A stretch of 64,000 bases of DNA, from assembly GCA_035938395.1 (NCBI GenBank), contig DASZGY010000071.1:9526-73525 (forward strand), written 5' to 3'. Origin of the DNA: Acidimicrobiia bacterium (GTDB lineage Bacteria > Actinomycetota > Acidimicrobiia > IMCC26256 > JACDBD01). Shown here one piece after another: positions 8,613 through 17,270 of the stretch (its first letter is position 1; the number at the start of each line of letters is the position of its first letter). The notes beneath the pieces were generated by a model. That model had not been told where the DNA came from. It was given only the letters and a program-made list of their open reading frames with translations, and did not search any database. Position numbers and translations under genes: made by a program.

Positions 8613-10192
8613 ACGTCATCGGAGGCCCCGGCGAACACGTCCAGCTGACGGATCGTCTGGCCGTCGTCCAGTGGCTGCGGGTGTTCCTCGCCATCGCCGT
8701 CGCCGCCATCGGGTTTCTCGACGGCGATGCCCGCGAGGTGCTGCCGCTGGTCGCCGCCTACCTGGTGCTTACGGCCGGCGTCGAGATCGTCAGGCGCCGG
8801 GCTCCGGGACTCGTCCACCCGACGATGTCGTGGATGCTGCTGCTGGACGGAGTGTTCCTCGCGCTCGCCCTCGTGTTCACCGGCGGCGCCGACAGCTGGG
8901 CGCGGCCGCTCGTGTTCTTCGACGTCACCGCGGTGACACTCGTCGTGTCGTACCGCACCGGGCTGAAGCTCGCAGTCTGGTACGCGCTCTTGCTCTTCCT
9001 CGGCCACGCCGCGGCCTCGGCCGGTCTGCTCGGCGATCGGACCACCGGCAGCTTCGGCGACGCCGCCATCAACTCCATTGGCCTGCTGCTGTTCGCGATC
9101 GGTGCCGCCCTGTTCTCGTCCGTCAACGAACGGGCGTTGCGCCGCAGCCGCGCCGAGTTGCACGCCCTCGTCGAGCTCGGCTTCGAGCTCGAGCACGTGC
9201 GCACCGCCGACGATGTCGCGCTGGTGCTCGCCGGGCACACACAAGCCCGCCTCGGATTCCCGCGCGCGCTGGTCCTCGTCCGCGACGGCGACCACTGGCA
9301 GGGAGCGACTGCAACGGCGGACGGCGTCTCCCGGCTCACGAGCCCGGCCGGGATCGGCCCCCTGCCCGAGCAGGTCTGGCGGGCGGAAGCGCCCGCCCTC
9401 GTACGGTCGCTCGAAGACGACCCGGTGCTCGACCAGCTGCTGCCGTTCGGCTGCAACGTCGCCGTCGTGCCCCTCGTCGCGGACGGCGAGGCACTGGGCG
9501 TCGTGCTCGCCGAATGGGGGCGGGGCCCACGGGCGCAGATCCCCGGCGTCACGGTGGAGACGCTGGCCCAGTCGGCGAGCCAGACCGCGGCCGCGCTGCG
9601 CAACGCGGCGCTGCTCTCCGAGATCGAGCACCTCGCGACCCGCGACGGCTTGACCGGCCTCGCCAATCGCCGGCTGTTCGAGGAGACGCTCCAGCGCGAG
9701 GTCGCCCGCTCGCACCGGCGGAACGCGCCGCTCGCGCTCGTCGTGCTCGACGTCGACCACTTCAAGGACGTGAACGACACCGTCGGCCACCAAGCCGGCG
9801 ACGCGGTGTTGCGGGAGGTCGCGCGGGCGATGGTCGGCAACACCAAAGCGAGCGACCTTCCCGCCCGCTACGGCGGCGACGAGTTCGTCGTGTTGCTGCC
9901 CGACTGCACCGGCGACGACGCCGTCGCCGTGGCCGAGCGGCTGCGGGCTGCCGTCGCCGCCGAGGTCACCGCGGTGCCGGTGACGGTCAGCGCCGGGGTG
10001 GGCGCGATGCCCGTGAACGCGGGCGACGGCGAGCGGCTGGTGGCAGCGGCGGACGCCGCCCTCTACTCCGCGAAGCGTGAAGGCCGGGACCGGTCCGTGC
10101 GCTCGGCCCGGGTCGCCGAACCGGGCGAGGTGCCCGACCACCCCGCGATGCGGCGGGAAGCGGGCGCGGTCGAACGCTCGAGCCGAAGCTGA
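8609..10192 (+). CDS. membrane-bound GAF-GGDEF diguanylate cyclase
   Basis: About 5 N-terminal TM segments, a GAF-like middle region, and a GGDEF domain (RDGLTGLANRR, LDVDHFKDVND, ARYGGDEFVVLL). Confidence 0.85.
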   Translation: MNVIGGPGEHVQLTDRLAVVQWLRVFLAIAVAAIGFLDGDAREVLPLVAAYLVLTAGVEIVRRRAPGLVHPTMSWMLLLDGVFLALALVFTGGADSWARPLVFFDVTAVTLVVSYRTGLKLAVWYALLLFLGHAAASAGLLGDRTTGSFGDAAINSIGLLLFAIGAALFSSVNERALRRSRAELHALVELGFELEHVRTADDVALVLAGHTQARLGFPRALVLVRDGDHWQGATATADGVSRLTSPAGIGPLPEQVWRAEAPALVRSLEDDPVLDQLLPFGCNVAVVPLVADGEALGVVLAEWGRGPRAQIPGVTVETLAQSASQTAAALRNAALLSEIEHLATRDGLTGLANRRLFEETLQREVARSHRRNAPLALVVLDVDHFKDVNDTVGHQAGDAVLREVARAMVGNTKASDLPARYGGDEFVVLLPDCTGDDAVAVAERLRAAVAAEVTAVPVTVSAGVGAMPVNAGDGERLVAAADAALYSAKREGRDRSVRSARVAEPGEVPDHPAMRREAGAVERSSRS

Positions 10193-10223
10193 CCGAGAGG
10201 GCGCCGGGGCAGTTGAAGGGTGA

Positions 10224-10242
10224 GGCGCCGAGGACCGGCGCC
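10224..10242 (+). terminator. candidate stem-loop terminator after the GGDEF gene
   Basis: GGCGCCG-aggac-CGGCGCC, 7-bp GC stem 32 nt after the stop. No U-tract, so weak. Confidence 0.3.
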
Positions 10243-10769
10243 GTCACTCCACGGGGATCGCGTTTTCGGGGGAAGGGTTTCCAGCAGGCGGCTGCTAGGC
10301 GAAGTCGCCCCGGTCCTGACCCGACGAGTTGAGCGAGTGGGCCACCAGCTCACCGCCAGGAAGCGACTTCATCACTTCACCCATTTGCATATCCCTCTGG
10401 AGGAGGCGCCGGTGCCCCGGCTTGCGCCGCGTACCGCCCCGACTCAGGGCGGAGAACATCGAGCGGTTCGGTACGCAGAGCCTCACGGTTGGTGACGATG
10501 ACACGTCGCCCGGATCGGTGGCAGGGTCGAAAGTCCCGATTACTCGCGAAAATGGCTTCGCCGGGAGGAACCCCCGCAAGGCAGGACGCGGCCTTTCCGA
10601 CGGTCTATGACCGCATCGGACGATATAAGCATTTGTCTGGGCGATGGACCCGATCGCCGGGATCGCATTGCCGGCGGGCACTCAAGATTGCCGCAGAGTG
10701 TGCCGATGAGGGAAGGGAGGCGGGCGGGGGTCTTGCCTCGTCCGATCCCACGACCTCACAGGGGGGACC

Positions 10770-11321
10770 ATGGGCAGGATTTTTCGACACCGCGCCGGGC
10801 GACGCATGTTCGTCGGCGTGCTTGCGCTCGCAGGGCTGGCGCTGGTCGCCTGCGAGCCTCTCAAGCAGCCGCCGGCACCGCCGCCGGGCGAGCTGCCGCA
10901 GATCTGCATTCCAAACCCGGTCAACCCGGCTGATCCGGCCGCTCAGGCCGCGACTGCACCCACGGATCCGGGATGCACACCGCTCTGCCTGCCCGGCCAG
11001 GCGCCGCAGACGGACCCGAGCGCGAAACTGGTCGGCCCCGGGCCCACACCCGCGCCGGCCTGTGTGCCGATCTGCCCGCCCTCGGACCCGGGAGCGATTC
11101 AGCCCTTCGCGCAGGCGGCGCAACGGTGCATCCGGATCCCGATTCCGTGCGTTCCAGGCGTCGACATCCCGGGGTGCGTGAACTTCTGCCCGCCGGGGCA
11201 GGATCCGCAACCGCCGGCGGCGAATGCCGCGCTGTTCGACCAACGGTGCACGCCCCTGTGCACGCTGATCCCACCGGGATCGCCGGGCGCGTGTGACATC
11301 ACGCCGCTCCCACGGAGGTAG
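10770..11321 (+). CDS. Cys/Pro-rich putative lipoprotein
   Basis: ATG with GGGGGGA upstream. Lipobox LVAC after a basic/hydrophobic leader. 12 further Cys, including four Cx3C motifs (CTPLC, CVPIC, CVNFC, CTPLC). Very Pro-rich. Confidence 0.6.
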   Translation: MGRIFRHRAGRRMFVGVLALAGLALVACEPLKQPPAPPPGELPQICIPNPVNPADPAAQAATAPTDPGCTPLCLPGQAPQTDPSAKLVGPGPTPAPACVPICPPSDPGAIQPFAQAAQRCIRIPIPCVPGVDIPGCVNFCPPGQDPQPPAANAALFDQRCTPLCTLIPPGSPGACDITPLPRR

Positions 11322-11425
11322 CTCTCGGACACGGCGCACGGGCGGGGCGAGCCTGCCCGTGCGCGTGTTCGATGATCCGACGGCGATGACAAGGGCCGAT
11401 GTTCCGGCCGGTACCCTGAACCGTT

Positions 11426-12442
11426 GTGGTTGCGACGAACGGGACGAACGGGGCGGTCGGGGCGGTCGAGGTCGACGGCCTCGTCAAGCGGTTCGGGGAC
11501 TTCACGGCCGTCGACGGGATCTCGTTCTCGGTCGAGCCGGGTGAGCTGTTCGGGTTCCTCGGGCCCAACGGCGCCGGCAAGACGACCACGATCTCGGTGC
11601 TGTGCACGCTCCTTCACCCCACTGACGGTTTCGCCCGGGTCGCGGGCCACGACGTGGTGCGGGCCCGGAACGAGGTCCGCTCGAGCATCGGACTCGTGTT
11701 CCAGGAAGTGACCCTGGACGACTACCTCACCGGTGAGGAGAACCTCCGCTTCCACGCCGTCCTCTATGGCCTCCACGGCTCCGAGATCAAGCGGCGCATG
11801 GACCCGCTGCTCGACATGGTCGGGCTCACCGACTGGGCGAGCCAGCAGACCCGCTTCTACTCCGGGGGCATGAAGCGCCGCCTCGAGATCGCGCGCGGTC
11901 TGCTGCACACACCGCGGGTCCTGTTCCTCGACGAGCCGACGATCGGGCTCGATCCCCAGACGCGCGTGCACATCTGGGACTACGTCGACGAGCTCCGCGT
12001 GCGCGAGAGCACGACGATGTTCCTCACGACCCACTACATGGACGAGGCCGAGCGCTGCGACCGCATCGCGATCATCGACCGCGGCCATATCGTCGCCATC
12101 GACTCACCCGGCGCGCTGAAGGCCTCCGTCGGCGTCGACACGGTGACGATCGACACCGCCGACGACGCCGTCGCCCGCGACGAAATCGTGCGCGGGCTCG
12201 GCGTGGAGGGAGAGGTGCTCGACAACGGCGAGGGGCTGCGATTGCGCGTGCCCGACGGCGAGTCGTTCGTGCCGCGCATGTTCGAGCACCTGACGGTCGG
12301 TGTCCGCAACGTCAATGTGCGGCGTCCCAGCCTCGACGACGTCTTCATCCAGTACACCGGGCGCGACATGCGCGACGCCGAGGCCGGCGGCGTCGATCAG
12401 CTCAAGGCGAGCCCGATGGTCCGGGGCTTCCGGCGCGGCTGA
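11426..12442 (+). CDS. ABC transporter ATP-binding protein (ABC-2/DrrA-like)
   Basis: Walker [10 protein letters not shown], signature YSGGMKRRL, Walker B LFLDEPT. Confidence 0.9.
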   Translation: MVATNGTNGAVGAVEVDGLVKRFGDFTAVDGISFSVEPGELFGFLGPNGAGKTTTISVLCTLLHPTDGFARVAGHDVVRARNEVRSSIGLVFQEVTLDDYLTGEENLRFHAVLYGLHGSEIKRRMDPLLDMVGLTDWASQQTRFYSGGMKRRLEIARGLLHTPRVLFLDEPTIGLDPQTRVHIWDYVDELRVRESTTMFLTTHYMDEAERCDRIAIIDRGHIVAIDSPGALKASVGVDTVTIDTADDAVARDEIVRGLGVEGEVLDNGEGLRLRVPDGESFVPRMFEHLTVGVRNVNVRRPSLDDVFIQYTGRDMRDAEAGGVDQLKASPMVRGFRRG

Positions 12443-13311
12443 TGGCGACGACTGCCCAGCCCCTGCCCGGCACCGGCGTCACCGACGTCGGTCAGGTCCA
12501 GCCGCCGACGCCCGAGGGCGCGCTCGTCAGGAACCTGCGCACCATCGGCATGGTCTGGAAGCGCGAGATCATCCGCTTCCGCCGCACGCCGGCCCGGATC
12601 GTGTCCGGCCTCGCGCAGCCGATCCTGTTCTTGTTCGTCCTGGGCGCCGGGATCAAGCCCTTGGTCGGCCAGAACGCGGCCGGCGGCGTCGACTACCAGC
12701 AGTTCATCCTCCCCGGCGTCATGGCGATGTCCGTCTTGTTCAGCAGCCTGTTCTCGGCGATCTCGATCGTGTGGGACCGCGAGTTCGGGTTCCTCCGCGA
12801 GATGCTCGTGGCGCCGGTCAGCCGCGCCGGGCTCGTCCTCGGCAAGGCCGCGGGCAGCGGGACCGTCGCGGCCGCTCAGGGCCTGATCCTCCTGATCGCG
12901 GCGCCGATCGTCGGCGTCCACCTCAGCGCGCTGCAGATCATCGAGGTGATCCCGCTGCTCATGCTGCTCGCGTTCGCGTTGACGGCGTTCGGCATCGTGA
13001 TCGCCAGCCGCATGCAGCGCATGGAGAGCTTCCAGATGGTCATGGGTCTCGTCGTGAACCCGATGCTCTTCCTGTCGGGCGCGATCTTCCCGCTGGCGGG
13101 GCTGGCGACTTGGCTGGCCGTCGTGACCCGCCTCAATCCCGCGACGTACGGCATCGACCCGATCCGGCGGGTGATGCTGGGCGAGCACGACGCCGCGCCG
13201 TTGACGATCAACGGCTGGGTCGTCCCGATCTGGACGGAAGTGCTCATAGTGCTCTCGCTGGGCATCGCGATGCTCGCGCTCGCAGTCCGGAGTTTTCAGA
13301 AGACGGAGTAG
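12442..13311 (+). CDS. ABC-2 type transporter permease
   Basis: ATG shares one base with the ATPase stop (TGATG). Six TM segments; WKREIIRFRRTPARIVSGLAQPILF is a typical ABC-2 N-terminus. Confidence 0.85.
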   Translation: MATTAQPLPGTGVTDVGQVQPPTPEGALVRNLRTIGMVWKREIIRFRRTPARIVSGLAQPILFLFVLGAGIKPLVGQNAAGGVDYQQFILPGVMAMSVLFSSLFSAISIVWDREFGFLREMLVAPVSRAGLVLGKAAGSGTVAAAQGLILLIAAPIVGVHLSALQIIEVIPLLMLLAFALTAFGIVIASRMQRMESFQMVMGLVVNPMLFLSGAIFPLAGLATWLAVVTRLNPATYGIDPIRRVMLGEHDAAPLTINGWVVPIWTEVLIVLSLGIAMLALAVRSFQKTE

Positions 13312-13411
13312 CCTGAACTTGCCCAACACGGGCACGAACGGGCAGGAAACAATTGGTTTCAAGTCCTCCGCCGCGGCCGGATCGTCATCCGGCGCCGTTA
13401 GCGTGTTCTCG

Positions 13412-14089
13412 ATGAAGCGGGGCGTTGTCGTGGTCGCGATCGTCGTCGCGCTGGCCGCGTTCGCGTGGTTCGCGTCGTCGTCGTCGTCCTCGTCGACGGC
13501 GCGGTCGACCCCGTCGAAGTCACGCGGCCCGGTGCTCGTGTACGGCGACAGCCTCATCGAGCAGGCGTCGCCCTACCTGCGGAGCACGGACCAGGTCCGC
13601 GCGTTCGGCGGCACGGCGCTGTGCGACTGGGTCGACAAGATGGCGCGCGCCGCAACCGTCGAGCAGCCCAGCGTGATGGTGGTCGAGTTCGTCGGCAACG
13701 ACCTGACGCCGTGCATGCAGGGCTACCAGACTCCAGACCAGGTCCGCGCGAAGTACGAGGCCGACATGGCCCGTCTCAAGCGGCGCGTGGACGCGCCGAT
13801 CCTGTGGGTCGGCGCGCCGGCGTTCCGCGACCAGGCTCCCGCCACCCTCGGCCTCTACTCGTCGGAGCCGAAGTTCGTCGATGCCGGCGAGGCCGTGCTC
13901 GCCGACGGCGCGTACACCGACACGCTGCCGTGCCTCGCCGACGAAGGGTCGATACAAGGCTGCATCAACGGGCGCATCAGAGTGCGCGCGTCCGACGGGA
14001 AGCACTTCGCGACATCGGGCTCGGGCTATTCGGCCGGTGGGCGCCGCTTCGCCGACGCCATCGACAACGCGGTCCGCCAGCTCGGTTAG
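13412..14089 (+). CDS. SGNH/GDSL-family hydrolase, membrane-anchored or secreted
   Basis: Preferred start is ATG 13412 (MKRGVVVVAIVVALAAF). Block I VYGDSL, block III GNDL, block V DGKHF. Confidence 0.75.
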   Translation: MKRGVVVVAIVVALAAFAWFASSSSSSSTARSTPSKSRGPVLVYGDSLIEQASPYLRSTDQVRAFGGTALCDWVDKMARAATVEQPSVMVVEFVGNDLTPCMQGYQTPDQVRAKYEADMARLKRRVDAPILWVGAPAFRDQAPATLGLYSSEPKFVDAGEAVLADGAYTDTLPCLADEGSIQGCINGRIRVRASDGKHFATSGSGYSAGGRRFADAIDNAVRQLG

Positions 14090-14862
14090 CCGGTGGTCGA
14101 GGTCCCGGCCTGGACCTTGACCTCCTGGTACATGCCTTCCTTCCAGTGCGGAGCGCCCTTGGCGCTCTGCAGGGCGGCGAGGCTGGTCGCTCCCACCGGG
14201 AAGAAGCACGCGGCGCCGTAGCGGCCGGGCTTGAGGTCGGCGAACACGTACGCCGTGCCGCCCAGCGTCGTCACGTCGGCCGACCCGAGGTCCTGGACCT
14301 TCTTCGCCACCTCTTTCTGCGGAAGAGCCAGGAGCTTCTTGAGCGAGTCCTTGGTCTTGATCCGGAACAGATCGAGCATGTGCAACTCGGCGCCGGCGTC
14401 GGTGAGCTGGATGGCGGTCTTGCCGGCCGGCAGCGTCTTCGGTAGGCCTTGGAACTCGTACTCGATGCCCGTGACCTGCACCTGGTTGTAGCCGCACGAG
14501 TTGTACCGGTACTGGTTGATCGACGACAGGTTCTGCTCGAAGGTCGGGTTCTGCGAGGGATCCTGCTGGCTCTGCAAGGCGGTCTGAATCAGCCCCTGGA
14601 TCGATTGCACGTCGGCGGCGATCTCCGCCGGCGCGACGTTGGCCGCCTGCGCTAGCGCCTGCTCGATCGCCTGCTGCTGCTTCTTGGTCGGGGCCTTGTT
14701 GCTCTGGCCCGCGGCCGCGAAGGCCTGATCGACCTTCAGCCCCGCGTCGCAGAAAGACGTGACGTCGGGCGTGGGCTGCGCCTGAGCCCCTGCCCCGGCG
14801 GGAACGACACCGATGAGCGCGCCGACTGCCAACGGCGCAACGAGAAACCCGAGCTTGCGCAC
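14086..14862 (-). CDS. secreted hypothetical protein
   Basis: GTG at 14862 with GAAAGGA upstream. Signal peptide VRKLGFLVAPLAVGALIGVVPAGAGAQA. Gln/Lys-rich N-terminal half and a beta-rich C-terminal half. No family recognised. Confidence 0.6.
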   Translation of the reverse strand: MRKLGFLVAPLAVGALIGVVPAGAGAQAQPTPDVTSFCDAGLKVDQAFAAAGQSNKAPTKKQQQAIEQALAQAANVAPAEIAADVQSIQGLIQTALQSQQDPSQNPTFEQNLSSINQYRYNSCGYNQVQVTGIEYEFQGLPKTLPAGKTAIQLTDAGAELHMLDLFRIKTKDSLKKLLALPQKEVAKKVQDLGSADVTTLGGTAYVFADLKPGRYGAACFFPVGATSLAALQSAKGAPHWKEGMYQEVKVQAGTSTTG

Positions 14863-14920
14863 TGGAGCTGTCCTTTCTTCCCGGCACTCTTGTGTGCCGG
14901 CACCCAAATCGGGCCGGACC

Positions 14921-16510
14921 CTATTGGCCGAGTCTCGCCGCCGCCAACTTCCGCAACATCTCGTAGTTCGCCTTGCCGGCAGCGTTGCGCTCGAGCGAGT
15001 CGACGAACAGGAACCGCCGCGGCTTCTTGAAGCCGGCGAGCTTGTTCCGGCACCACGCGTCGAGCTCGGCCTCGTCGAGGTAATGGCCTTCGGTCACCTG
15101 CACGATCGCGACGACGATCTCGCCGAAGCGATCGTCGGGTACACCGACGGCCACGCAGTCGAACACGCTCGGGTGCCTGCGCAGCGCGAGCTCGACTTCC
15201 TCCGGGTACACCTTCTCGCCGCCGGTGTTGATGCACGCCGAGCCCCGCCCGAGCAGCCGGATCGTTCCGTCCGCGTCGACCTGGGCGTAGTCGCCGGCGA
15301 GGGCGTACCGGCGGCCGTCGATCACCCGGAACGTCTGCGCCGTCTTGTCGGGGTCGCGCCAGTAGCCGACCGGGATGCGCCCGCCCACGGCGAGCAACCC
15401 GATCTCGTCGCTCCCCGGTGTGACCTCCTCGCCGGAGCCCTCCCGGAACACCTTGACCCGTTCGTTGACGGCGAACCGGGCCGCCTTGATCTCGGCGTCG
15501 TCCGCGGTGGCGGCCTGGCGGCTCGCCATGCCCTCGGACGCGCCGAGCGAGTCCAACAGCGTGACCTGGGGGACGTGGCGGAGGAGCCCGGCCTTGGCCT
15601 CCGGGCTCCAAGTGACGCCGGAGCTGGTGATCGCCCGCAGTGACGAGAGGTCCCAGCGGCTCGGTTCGGCGTCCAGGGCGGCGAGGAGCGGGCGGGCGAA
15701 CACGTCGCCGACGATCGTGAGCACCTCGACCCCGTTGCGCTCGACCTCGGTCCATACGCGGGCCGGGTCGAGCCCGGGCGCGTCGATCACGACCACCGAG
15801 CCGCCTCCGCTGAGCGTCGACAGCGCGATGAACAGGCCGGTGCCGTGCATGAGCGGGCATGCCGGCAGGCACGTGCCGGCGCGCTTGCCGTCGCGCACGG
15901 CCGCGATCGGGTCGGGCGGATCCGTGCCGGGCCGGCCCATCCGCCAGAGCGAGACGTACAGGTCGTCGTTGCGCCACATGACGCCCTTGGGCATGCCCGT
16001 GGTCCCGCCGGTGTAGAGGAAGATCAGGTCGTCACCCGACGGCTGGTGCGCAGGCTCCCATTCGGCGGAGGGCGGCGCGGCCGCGAGGGCCGCCTCGTAC
16101 TCTTCGCCGATCTCCAACCGGGACGGCCGCCACGGCTTCTGGATCCGCTTCAGCGCCTTCTTGACCGTGGCGGTGAAGTCGGGGCCGTGGACGACGGCCT
16201 TGGCGTCGGAGTTGTCGACGACGTAGTGCACCTCGTCGGCGAGGTAGCGGTAGTTGACGTTCACGGGTACGCAGCCGAGCTTCAGCGCGGCGAAGAACGT
16301 CTCGAGATACTCGGGGGAGTTGAGCGCGTCGATGGCGACCTTGTCGCCGCGCTCGAGCTCGGCCTCCTGGGCGAGGTGCCAGGCGAGCCGCCGGGCCCGG
16401 TCGTCGAACTGGCCGAACGTGACGCGCCGGTGACCGCAGACAATGGCCTCTCGCTCCGGCGTCGCCGCCGCGATGCCGCCCCACACGGCCGCGAAGTTCC
16501 AATCCGTCAC
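14921..16510 (-). CDS. acyl-CoA synthetase / AMP-dependent ligase (FadD-like)
   Basis: AMP-binding motif LYTGGTTGMPKGV, with further GDY...DG and GGEKVYP blocks. Confidence 0.9.
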   Translation of the reverse strand: MTDWNFAAVWGGIAAATPEREAIVCGHRRVTFGQFDDRARRLAWHLAQEAELERGDKVAIDALNSPEYLETFFAALKLGCVPVNVNYRYLADEVHYVVDNSDAKAVVHGPDFTATVKKALKRIQKPWRPSRLEIGEEYEAALAAAPPSAEWEPAHQPSGDDLIFLYTGGTTGMPKGVMWRNDDLYVSLWRMGRPGTDPPDPIAAVRDGKRAGTCLPACPLMHGTGLFIALSTLSGGGSVVVIDAPGLDPARVWTEVERNGVEVLTIVGDVFARPLLAALDAEPSRWDLSSLRAITSSGVTWSPEAKAGLLRHVPQVTLLDSLGASEGMASRQAATADDAEIKAARFAVNERVKVFREGSGEEVTPGSDEIGLLAVGGRIPVGYWRDPDKTAQTFRVIDGRRYALAGDYAQVDADGTIRLLGRGSACINTGGEKVYPEEVELALRRHPSVFDCVAVGVPDDRFGEIVVAIVQVTEGHYLDEAELDAWCRNKLAGFKKPRRFLFVDSLERNAAGKANYEMLRKLAAARLGQ

Positions 16511-16536
16511 GCCGGCAGGCTACCGGCGTCGGCGGC

Positions 16537-17214
16537 CTACAGAATCGGAAGGGTTGCGATCTGCACGACCCCGTAGGCGAGCGTGAGAGTCGCGAGGACG
16601 AGCACAGTGATGCGCATCCTCTGCCAGACAAATCTCATCGAGATCCCGGCGAAAAACAGCACCGACGCGAAGAACACCGTCGACAGCACGTACGAGTCCG
16701 TGTGCTCCGTTGCCTGCTTCCCGTTCTCGAAGTGTCGGGTGCCCTGGCGCTCCAGTCGGTCTGACCTCTCGAGATCGGCGACGTGGTACTGCGGCACGAG
16801 CAACGGGCTCGGCGTCGCCGCCGAGTTGTTGAGCGGGTCCTGCGCAAGCCACGCCTGGAACGCCGGCAAGAACTCGGGCCGGAAGCGGCGTTGATAGAGG
16901 TCGGCCAGCGCCGGCTGGTTGCTGGTCGTGACCTCGAGCCAGCGATTGAAGTTCAGGAGGTCCTGGGTTCGTGCCTGGTCGCCCATCGTGGCGGCGCGGT
17001 TCGCCATCGAACGGGCCGTGTTCGCCTGGGCATACTCGCGCGCCTGCCGTCCGTTCCAGCGCGCCGCCTGGTACCCACTCCACGCGATGCCCAACGTCGC
17101 GAGGGACAGGAGGATCGTCGCGATGAGCTCGAGCACGCGCTCGCTCCTTGTCGTCGACTCCCCCTTCGACTCGCTGAGCTCGTGGGGCGCGTGGACGTGG
17201 ACGTGCTCGGACAT
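16537..17214 (-). CDS. His-rich N-terminus membrane protein, paralogue A (DUF4337-like by recollection)
   Basis: MSEHVHVHAPHE..., TM with AWSGYQAARW, long helical loop, C-terminal TMs YVLSTVFFASVLFFAGIS and YGVVQI. Gapless alignment to ORF 51922..52599. Confidence 0.7.
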   Translation of the reverse strand: MSEHVHVHAPHELSESKGESTTRSERVLELIATILLSLATLGIAWSGYQAARWNGRQAREYAQANTARSMANRAATMGDQARTQDLLNFNRWLEVTTSNQPALADLYQRRFRPEFLPAFQAWLAQDPLNNSAATPSPLLVPQYHVADLERSDRLERQGTRHFENGKQATEHTDSYVLSTVFFASVLFFAGISMRFVWQRMRITVLVLATLTLAYGVVQIATLPIL

Positions 17215-17270
17215 GGCAGTGGAGCCTAGGGCGGCTACCTATCGACACGGCGTGTGCAACCTACGAACCT

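Noticed and set aside
10295-10390. Mini-ORF as a RiPP (e.g. lasso peptide) precursor
   Set aside because: No Cys. No Gly1/Asp-Glu 7-9 ring geometry in any plausible core. No maturation enzymes (cyclase, protease, radical SAM, YcaO) anywhere nearby.
10380-10620. Glycine, cobalamin or FMN riboswitch-like fragments (CTCTGGAGGAG...CTCAGGGCGGAGAAC on plus; GCCACCG and GGGCGGTACGCGG on minus)
   Set aside because: Only short partial matches. The key conserved cores (CACCGAAGGGGCAA; GGGAA..GGUG.GAAUCC; AGGGUGAAAUUCCC) are missing, and no appropriate downstream gene is present.
14086-14862. Secreted Gln/Lys-rich protein gene as a horizontally acquired low-GC island
   Set aside because: The lower GC comes from amino-acid composition (Lys, Gln, Asn, Thr). 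Third codon positions remain G/C-rich like the neighbours, and there are no flanking repeats, tRNA or mobility genes.
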